Assembly: GCA_046314355.1 (NCBI GenBank)
Contig: JBKBWQ010000001.1
Span: 1,472,001 to 1,536,000, forward strand
DNA from: Candidatus Altimarinota bacterium
GTDB taxonomy: Bacteria > Patescibacteriota > Gracilibacteria > 1-14-2-50-48-13
Direction: 5' to 3'
Length of the DNA stretch: 64,000 nt
The first letter of the stretch is position 1. Each line of letters starts with the position of its first letter. The notes under the pieces were generated by a model. The model was not told where the DNA came from. It was given only the letters and a program-made list of their open reading frames with translations, and did no database searches. The translations under genes were made by a program, and so were the position numbers. Positions 57,044 to 64,000 of this stretch are shown here, piece after piece.

Positions 57044-57274
57044 ATGTTCGACTACATAATTGAAGCAATAAAAAAAGCCATCCCTGATGCAGAAGTTATT
57101 ATCAGAGATCCGCGGAATGATGGAGTGCACCTTGCGGCTACAGTGATCTCTAAGGAGTTTGAAGGAAAAGGATTGGTCGCTCAGCATCGTATGGTGATGA
57201 ATGCATTGAAGGAGGAGTTTAAGGAGGATCTGCATGCGCTGAGTTTGACGACAAAAGTGAAAAAAGAAGAATAG
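57044..57274 (+). CDS. BolA/IbaG family protein
   Basis: DGVHL..VIS..FEGK.LV.QHRMV..L..LHALS; ATG at 57044. Confidence 0.92.
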   Translation: MFDYIIEAIKKAIPDAEVIIRDPRNDGVHLAATVISKEFEGKGLVAQHRMVMNALKEEFKEDLHALSLTTKVKKEE

Positions 57275-57288
57275 CATGCGTAAATGAA

Positions 57289-57328
57289 GAAAAGAGTACG
57301 TGATCTCTCTAGGTCACGTACTCTTTTT
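57289..57328 (+). terminator. Intrinsic terminator after bolA
   Basis: AAAAGAGTACGTGA..TCACGTACTCTTTT. Confidence 0.85.
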
Positions 57329-57594
57329 AATAAATTTTTTATGAGATATATCTTTAGTTTTTATATATCTGTAATGAAAAAATATGCAGTAAAATTTCAC
57401 TAAAAAAAACTGTCGGTAAGATGAATAATTTCTTCTTCTTAGATATCTTCAATTTTAAAGGCAATTTTTTTAATTATTCATTTAAAAAATAGCTTTAATA
57501 GAAGCAATTCTTTTTTATTGACAAATATAAAACTAGTTATATATTGTATCGCGTTCGATATGATATTTGAAAATTAGGAAGGAGATAAAAATCT

Positions 57595-58878
57595 ATGAAA
57601 ATAGATAATGTTTTAGCCATGGTATACAGCGGAATTTTTTCGGAGGAATTGAAAACTCTGTTGAAGGAAGATGACTATACAAATAGTTCATCAAAGATGA
57701 AGCTTTTCTTGCTTACTGCAGGAAAAGTGGAGATGCTGTATCCGAAGAACGATGATGAGATTTCTCTTCTTCGTGAATTGGAAGATACTATGACTCCTCA
57801 AATGGAGGAGTATGTAATTGAAAATGAGGAGGTTTTTGAATTTATCGATAAGGCCTTTAAAACACCTGAATCTTTTCTGCGTAAACTTGAGCTTTCAGTT
57901 CAGGTAGATGAGAGAGAAGAAAGGGTGCAAGAAGAGGTGGAGAGCATATCTCCAAAAACTATACTCAATAATTATAGAGCTGATGCCAAACAAACTTGGG
58001 AAACTCTTGCAGACATCTTAGGTGTCAAAGCAGATTATCTCAAAAAGATGGGACATAGTCGTCCTTTAGGTATGCCAATGATCGCAAAGATTTATTATCT
58101 TACCGGTAATAAGGTCTTTGCCCCTCCAGAAACTCCTTCTTTGACCACAAAGAAAGTCTATGAAGAGGCGAAGCGAATCGTAGAAACAAATGCTTCACTG
58201 CATAATTTCCCTTTAGCATCTGCTGAAGAGAAAAATGCCGGTACTACTGATTCAGATAATACTGGAGAGGTATCTGGTGATGCTGAAGCAGAGGAACAGG
58301 ATTTTACTCTTGCTGAAGATCTGGTTGAAGATTCTTCTACTCTCTCTCAAAAAGATGTAGTTGAAGAAAATATTCCGGTGAAATCTCATGAGAACATTCT
58401 TGAAAGTTCTGAACAAATTGCAAATAATGAAGAGAAATCTTCAGAAGAAATGCACAATGCTGAGGAGCAAGATCCACTCGATAAAGATCTTGTGAATATC
58501 AAAAATGCGTTTGATGAGATAGGACTCTCACCTAATGAAGTTCCGTCAGTGATTCGTATGATGTATTTTGCAGGACTACTTGAAGGGAAAGTTCATTCCA
58601 GTGAAGGAGTGCGCTTCTCAGTCACCTCTGCGGGATTTAAGCCTCTAGATCTTCCACAATTTAAAACTGAGGAAATTCTAGATACAATAAATCTGATCCG
58701 TGAGTTACGCTCAAGACTTTATAAAGCTTCTCAATCCGAGTTGCCTAAAAAGGATGTTGTATATGATCAGCTTGAAAAAGAGCTGAACTCTCTTTTCGAT
58801 GCATATCTTGCATTTGGAAAGAGAAACCCTTTTGCCGCGGCAAAGGATATTGAATTAAAGAAAAAGATGAGAATGTAA
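57595..58878 (+). CDS. Hypothetical protein with central XRE-like HTH and acidic linker
   Basis: LNNYRADAKQTWETLADILGVKADYLKKM; strong SD and TTGACA promoter. Confidence 0.65.
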   Translation: MKIDNVLAMVYSGIFSEELKTLLKEDDYTNSSSKMKLFLLTAGKVEMLYPKNDDEISLLRELEDTMTPQMEEYVIENEEVFEFIDKAFKTPESFLRKLELSVQVDEREERVQEEVESISPKTILNNYRADAKQTWETLADILGVKADYLKKMGHSRPLGMPMIAKIYYLTGNKVFAPPETPSLTTKKVYEEAKRIVETNASLHNFPLASAEEKNAGTTDSDNTGEVSGDAEAEEQDFTLAEDLVEDSSTLSQKDVVEENIPVKSHENILESSEQIANNEEKSSEEMHNAEEQDPLDKDLVNIKNAFDEIGLSPNEVPSVIRMMYFAGLLEGKVHSSEGVRFSVTSAGFKPLDLPQFKTEEILDTINLIRELRSRLYKASQSELPKKDVVYDQLEKELNSLFDAYLAFGKRNPFAAAKDIELKKKMRM

Positions 58879-58902
58879 ATAATTGAAACCGGAGGAAATT
58901 TA

Positions 58903-60954
58903 ATGAACGATACTACTGTTAATCTTGAAAATTCAGAAGAAACAACTGAATTAGACAGATCAAAACTAGTTGATAGCTTTATCAATGGGTTGGCTTCAGG
59001 ACCTAATGCCATTGGTGTAGTCGCGCAGCAGCTGGGTGAAAACTCAGAAGATGCTTTTGCTAAAGAGATTAGAATTATCGTGGATTATCTAAAAAGACGA
59101 ATGATCTTTTGGGATAACGGATCAGGTATGACAAAAGATGTAGAAATTAAAAAATTCTTTTCTATTCACGTACCAGATACATCGCGTCCGAAGATTGGAG
59201 TTAATAACTCCGGTCGTATCAGTACACTTGCAATTGCTAAAAGCATGCGTGTTGTGACAGTTTCGAAGGAAACTCTGCGTAATGGTGAAGCCTATGAGAT
59301 TAAATTTGATAGAAAAACTGTTGAAATTATCTTTAAGGGTGGGACAAAGATTTCAAATCTTTACTCTACCATCAAGCTGGAAGATTCTGATTTAAAAGAA
59401 TATTTACCTAGTACTGGGACTGTAACAATATTGGAGGATATTGATGAAAAATTTCTTAGAAGTGAAGAAGAAATTCTCAAAATGCTCTCAGTGAGACTAT
59501 TGCCAAATGTGGCAAAGAAAGTTTTATTGAACGGTCAGACTGTTCCTAAACGTCCAACACTTGGGAAGCCAATTACTGTTCATCAGAAGCACCCAACTTT
59601 GGGTAAAATTGATGTAGAACTATTTATTTCACCGGAACCAAATGCCGGAGGGATACAAATTGCTGGGAAAGGAACTATTTTTCATTCTTTTGAAGATTTT
59701 GTTGAAAAAACATTTCCAAATGTTTATAGACCAGCAATTCCTTCACACCTTTTTTATCGAAATGTAGGTGGTTATATCGCAGTTGAAAAACTTAATGAGT
59801 ACCGTCCGCATGGGAGTTCTACCTTGAGAGACGACTTTGTCGGCTCTCAGGATATGAAAGATCTCTTAGAATTTCTCGATACAGTTGTCGGAAAGCAGTT
59901 AAAAGAGCTTTTCGATAAACTTAACAATACCAAGGAACGTCAAAAACGTACTGGGACTAGTAATTACATTATTGAAAGAATCAATGCTGTTTTTCCTATA
60001 ACCGGCACGGAGATGATGGCCCTTAAAAGATCTGAAAATGAGGATGTGAATGCAGGTTTTAAAGTTAATAAAGCTGCTTCACAGATTGACCCTCCGGCTA
60101 CAGTTGATCTAGAGGAGTTAAAACTCTTACATGTAAGTAAGAAATCCATTGAACTTTATCCAAACGAAGAAGTGAGTATTCAGGTTACAAAATTGATATT
60201 TACCTCAGGAGAATTTGAGTGGACATGCTCTAAGGATGCAGGAGTCGTCGTTAAAAAAGATCCGAAAGGTATCAAAGTAGTATTTAAAGCCGGAGTTAAA
60301 CCTGGTGATTATGCTCTCGTTGTAAAAGATATTCATCAGGACATGAAAGCAGAAATTTTGATTTCTATTGTTGATGAAAAACAACTAAAAATCTCACCTC
60401 GTAAGATTGAGATTGCAGTTGGAAATAGTCAGATCTTTAGTCTGAAAAATTATGATGATAAGGAAACTTATACCTGGTCTGTGGAACCACCACATGTCGG
60501 TATGGTCTTATCCCATAAGACTGGCCCTGAAACTGAGCTTAGTGTTACACACGAAGCAGACGCCGGTGACTACAAAGTTACCGCTGTTTCAAATGAAGGG
60601 AAAACAGTTTCTGCACAGGTACGTATTCCTGTAGTACAAGAAAATAGTAACCTGATCAGATTTGAGGATCAATACTATATATGGACTGCTATCTACATCA
60701 AAGGTATGGATATGGTTCAATTACAGAATACTGAACAAAGAGTGAATGGCGTATACATGCCTTTGATAGAAGTCAATTTTGCTCATTCTCTCATAAAGAG
60801 CATTGAGGACCAATCTGCAGTCTATCAGGCCATATTACCGTGTTTATTGATCACTCATCTTGAATTTAGAGCACAAAATGTCAAGATTGACTACTCAATG
60901 ATTACACGTAAATTTAACGAATTGTACCAGTCACTTCTGATTTCTCCTTCCTAA
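58903..60954 (+). CDS. GHKL (MORC/MutL-like) ATPase-fold protein with two Ig-like domains
   Basis: N-box QQLGENSEDA, G1 WDNGSGM, degenerate G2 IGVNNSG, TGTVTIL; C-terminal beta-sandwich repeats with W(T/S) and GDY. Confidence 0.8.
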   Translation: MNDTTVNLENSEETTELDRSKLVDSFINGLASGPNAIGVVAQQLGENSEDAFAKEIRIIVDYLKRRMIFWDNGSGMTKDVEIKKFFSIHVPDTSRPKIGVNNSGRISTLAIAKSMRVVTVSKETLRNGEAYEIKFDRKTVEIIFKGGTKISNLYSTIKLEDSDLKEYLPSTGTVTILEDIDEKFLRSEEEILKMLSVRLLPNVAKKVLLNGQTVPKRPTLGKPITVHQKHPTLGKIDVELFISPEPNAGGIQIAGKGTIFHSFEDFVEKTFPNVYRPAIPSHLFYRNVGGYIAVEKLNEYRPHGSSTLRDDFVGSQDMKDLLEFLDTVVGKQLKELFDKLNNTKERQKRTGTSNYIIERINAVFPITGTEMMALKRSENEDVNAGFKVNKAASQIDPPATVDLEELKLLHVSKKSIELYPNEEVSIQVTKLIFTSGEFEWTCSKDAGVVVKKDPKGIKVVFKAGVKPGDYALVVKDIHQDMKAEILISIVDEKQLKISPRKIEIAVGNSQIFSLKNYDDKETYTWSVEPPHVGMVLSHKTGPETELSVTHEADAGDYKVTAVSNEGKTVSAQVRIPVVQENSNLIRFEDQYYIWTAIYIKGMDMVQLQNTEQRVNGVYMPLIEVNFAHSLIKSIEDQSAVYQAILPCLLITHLEFRAQNVKIDYSMITRKFNELYQSLLISPS

Positions 60955-60982
60955 TAAATAATAGCATTTCAATGAACCACCA

Positions 60983-61007
60983 CTCCGACTCTTGTCGGAG
61001 TTTTTTT
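60983..61007 (+). terminator. Intrinsic terminator
   Basis: CTCCGAC-TCTT-GTCGGAG-TTTTTTT. Confidence 0.85.
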
Positions 61008-61118
61008 GTCCAAAATTTTTTCTTACTGCTCATCATTGATGAAGAGGATTTGATTTATGAGGCTCAATGATTATTAAATCTGGAGATAGAGAGTATCGGT
61101 ACTTAAGATCTCTAAAAT

Positions 61119-61150
61119 AAAAAGCCTCTACCCAAAGATAGAGGCTTTTT
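61119..61150 (-). terminator. Intrinsic terminator
   Basis: AAAAGCCTCTA..TAGAGGCTTTT. Confidence 0.75.
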
Positions 61151-61161
61151 ATTTTAGATTA

Positions 61162-63993
61162 TTACTCGTAGACCTTTGGCCAATTGAGTAAGAGATCTAT
61201 TTTCTCGGAGAGCTGTACTCTTTCAGAAAGATGAGTAGAGAGTACATTTTTGCTGATGGGCTGTGCTTCCGTTATATAGGTACCTGCAGTACGCAATAGA
61301 TTCTTCTGACGTATGATATACTCAGAGACTTTATCATTGATCTCTGAGAAGAGTTCAAGTTCTTCAGCACTAAAGAGTAGTGAAGGATTAAGACCGTTAA
61401 GCATTATTTTGTAATCTTGGCTCTTATTTCTAGAGAGCGGCAGTAGTTTTGCTTCCAGCTCACTCAGTACTCTTCCTGTAGAATAGATAATCTGCTGCGC
61501 TTCATTAAACGCTTCTGTAAGTTCATGAAAATCTTTGAGATACACGTAAAATGCCTCGTGTTCTCCTTCAAATACTTTTTTCATTTCAAGCTGTTTCGCA
61601 GTTGAAATGTTTCTCCATTTTATTCCTTCATCATTTGTATCAAACGAGGTTATTGTCTTTTCTCCGCCCACTACCATAATAACTGCAGATTTTATAAAAT
61701 CATAGTATTGACCTAAGTTGGTCTTCCCGCGTTCAAGGGTGACTGCAACTTCCTGCAGAGCAACAAACTTGCTTGAAACAGTTTCTAGCTTACCTAAGAG
61801 GAAACGTATCTGCTTTTCAATCGTAGTATATTCTTTTTCTACGGCATCCCATTGCGTAAATAGATTATCTCGGAGGCTTGTTCGTATGTTCAAAAGATTC
61901 TCTAACAGTCCAGGTTGTGCTGAAAATAATTTTTCTGCCTGTGTTAGTTCAGTAGGAGCTACTGCTTCAGTAATCTTTTCCTTGAGCACAATTTCAGGTA
62001 ACACAGAGACTTTTCCAAACATAGTACTTGTACCAGATGTCATCTTTCCCATCACTACTTCCTGAGGTGTAAATTCTTTCTTAATAACCTTCTCCTTCAA
62101 CACGATCTCAGGAACAACTGATACTTTTCCAAAGATACTACTATTGGCAGATGTCACATTGCCGAACACCACTTCCTGAGGTGTAAATTTTTTCTCAGGC
62201 TGAGGTTCAGGAGCTATAGCTGTCTGAGAGAGCGGCCGTGGGTAAAATTCGAGAATTCTTTTTACAGCATCCGTAATCTCTTTTTGGATTTTTTCTTCTA
62301 ATTCGGGTGTCTGTACTGCTTTGACTTCTGAGACAGTATCCAATGATGTGGATTCAGAAATATCTGTTTTAGGCATATTTTCAGGAATAACCGTTACATT
62401 ATTTATAGGTTCAGCGAGGATCTCTTCTTCCTTGGCAGTTTCAGTATTCGCTAGAGTAGTATCTTCAGTATCTTCCGGTGCTTTCTTGTAGTCTTGAAGA
62501 ACATTTTCTATAGTAGATTGAAGTATAGTATTATCTGATCTCTTTGAAAGTTCATCAGTGACTTCATCTCTTAAAATCTCAAGTTGTACTACCTCTCTCG
62601 AAATTTGTTTCAGCATTTTGTCTATCTCTTGGGAGTTCTCAGCTGTATTTATTGTTTTTATCAGATTCATCTGTTCATTTATTTTTGCTGCTGAACGACA
62701 TACTGACTTTTTTTGTATATCAAAAAAGGTACTGTCATCCTTATTGAGGTCTTGTTCTATATAATTGCTATAGGTTTCATCAATAAACATTTTAAATTCA
62801 CCAGTATCGTCAATAATTGATTTGATATCATTCAGTGATCTGTACTCAGTATTCAGGTGAAAATCCTGGTTGATCCGATATTGGATTTTCTTGAGAGGTA
62901 ACTGCTCCTTTAAATGAAGGTTGCGAATAGTAGTATATTCAAAGGGACTGACTAAAACATCATCTAAATCTCTGTGGTGCAAAAGATCAGTTTTAATAAA
63001 AGCTATTATAGGCTCTACTGTCGGGCTATGAAATGTATCACTTCTGATGAGACCACTTATTGAAGCTGCAAAATTTTCAGGTCCATATTTCTCAAAAAGT
63101 TCAATAATAGGAATGATTTCAGAAAATTTTGTTATATTTTCATAGGAAATATCAGTGAGCATTTGGCTAAATTTCTCCGTAAGAGAGAGGTACGTGAGAT
63201 TTGTGAGATCAATTTTTTTAATTTGATTCACCATTAAGTCACAGAAAACATAGAGTTGATCGATTTGTTTACGGGAACACTTATAGTAGAGGGATGGTGC
63301 TTTATCCGTGGGATAAAATATTTCATGGTGGGTGAGCGTTTTTAGAGTCACTCCTAGTGTTCTACCTGTATGATCCTTAAGATCTGTATGATTCAGTGTA
63401 AATGGCTCATCAGATTTATCTCCTAAAATATCACGTAGTTTCTGCTGGCGAGGCATCTTTATCTCAAGTTGACTACTGTCTTTAGTTTTTTCTTGCTTCT
63501 GAAGGATGATATCTTTTTTAATATGAGTGCTGGAGTAGATACTGTAAATATCCTTAATACTCTCTTTTGAAAGATCAAGATCTTGGATTTTTTCAATAAT
63601 CCACAAAAACACATCTAAACTGACTTCTCCGATCTCGTTCTGTAGTTTACTCACATATTTAGCTATGACCTCTCTGAGATGTGTCATATGACCTTGCTCA
63701 TCTATGTCATTTGAAAGATATGAATCAAAGGCACTCTGAAATTTTTGCGCCTCTTGTTGATTGATCAGTTCAGTTTTAAACGTCTTATTCATTCTTTTTA
63801 CACTCTTTTCTACATTCATAACACTAAAATCCTTAATAAGCTTTTTCTGTGTTTGCTTATTCTCTTCTACTTTTTCTATCGCTTCCTTAATAAGCAGTAT
63901 CAGCGTTCTGATTTTCTTATTTCCGACAACCGTCTTCTCTAAAGAATCTTTGCTTATTTCACTAATTTTTATTCCTTTATCATGTTCATTCAT
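61162..63993 (-). CDS. Large hypothetical protein with 38-aa tandem duplication and coiled-coil C-terminus
   Basis: 943-aa ORF; start lies at the window edge and is uncertain. Confidence 0.75.
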   Translation of the reverse strand: MNEHDKGIKISEISKDSLEKTVVGNKKIRTLILLIKEAIEKVEENKQTQKKLIKDFSVMNVEKSVKRMNKTFKTELINQQEAQKFQSAFDSYLSNDIDEQGHMTHLREVIAKYVSKLQNEIGEVSLDVFLWIIEKIQDLDLSKESIKDIYSIYSSTHIKKDIILQKQEKTKDSSQLEIKMPRQQKLRDILGDKSDEPFTLNHTDLKDHTGRTLGVTLKTLTHHEIFYPTDKAPSLYYKCSRKQIDQLYVFCDLMVNQIKKIDLTNLTYLSLTEKFSQMLTDISYENITKFSEIIPIIELFEKYGPENFAASISGLIRSDTFHSPTVEPIIAFIKTDLLHHRDLDDVLVSPFEYTTIRNLHLKEQLPLKKIQYRINQDFHLNTEYRSLNDIKSIIDDTGEFKMFIDETYSNYIEQDLNKDDSTFFDIQKKSVCRSAAKINEQMNLIKTINTAENSQEIDKMLKQISREVVQLEILRDEVTDELSKRSDNTILQSTIENVLQDYKKAPEDTEDTTLANTETAKEEEILAEPINNVTVIPENMPKTDISESTSLDTVSEVKAVQTPELEEKIQKEITDAVKRILEFYPRPLSQTAIAPEPQPEKKFTPQEVVFGNVTSANSSIFGKVSVVPEIVLKEKVIKKEFTPQEVVMGKMTSGTSTMFGKVSVLPEIVLKEKITEAVAPTELTQAEKLFSAQPGLLENLLNIRTSLRDNLFTQWDAVEKEYTTIEKQIRFLLGKLETVSSKFVALQEVAVTLERGKTNLGQYYDFIKSAVIMVVGGEKTITSFDTNDEGIKWRNISTAKQLEMKKVFEGEHEAFYVYLKDFHELTEAFNEAQQIIYSTGRVLSELEAKLLPLSRNKSQDYKIMLNGLNPSLLFSAEELELFSEINDKVSEYIIRQKNLLRTAGTYITEAQPISKNVLSTHLSERVQLSEKIDLLLNWPKVYE

Positions 63994-64000
63994 AAGTGTG

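Noticed and set aside
61025-61106. Short frame LIIDEEDLIYEAQ-TGA-LLNLEIESIGT as a recoded gene remnant
   Set aside because: Too short, no start or SD, lies between two terminators; compatible with chance
1-64000. CRISPR array, integron or prophage
   Set aside because: No regularly spaced direct repeats, cas genes, integrase, attC-like series or phage structural genes were seen
1-64000. Full genetic code 25 (UGA=Gly)
   Set aside because: All long conserved genes are open under code 11 with many GGA codons and no internal TGA

Overview
AT-rich bacterial chromosome segment read with standard code 11. The lone VirB4-like ATPase, several SLH proteins, DsbA, LemA/TPM, mostly SD-less housekeeping genes and many orphans suggest a Patescibacteria (CPR) genome, perhaps Peregrinibacteria/Gracilibacteria-like (inference). 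Recognisable genes include ssb, yqeY, dsbA, two mscS, tRNA-Cys(GCA), a C-terminal-only priA, clpC with a CIRCE operator, dedA, iscA, nrnA, nrdB-nrdA with NrdR boxes, lemA, mutY, two ferredoxins, two Nudix hydrolases, atm1-bolA and a 2154-aa Kelch/Ig surface protein. Most notable: (1) a 533-aa orphan that looks like a very divergent sigma-70 with an extra N-terminal region-2-like domain, divergent from an XRE regulator; (2) a two-gene unit encoding an HTH protein and a GHKL/MORC-type ATPase with Gln at the catalytic Glu and two Ig-like domains; (3) orphan transcription units sharing TTGACA-N16-TAnnnT promoters, many with strong SD sites; (4) a plant-type arogenate dehydrogenase fused to prephenate dehydratase; (5) several structured REP-like intergenic elements. 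All assignments are by-eye motif recognition; no searches were run.
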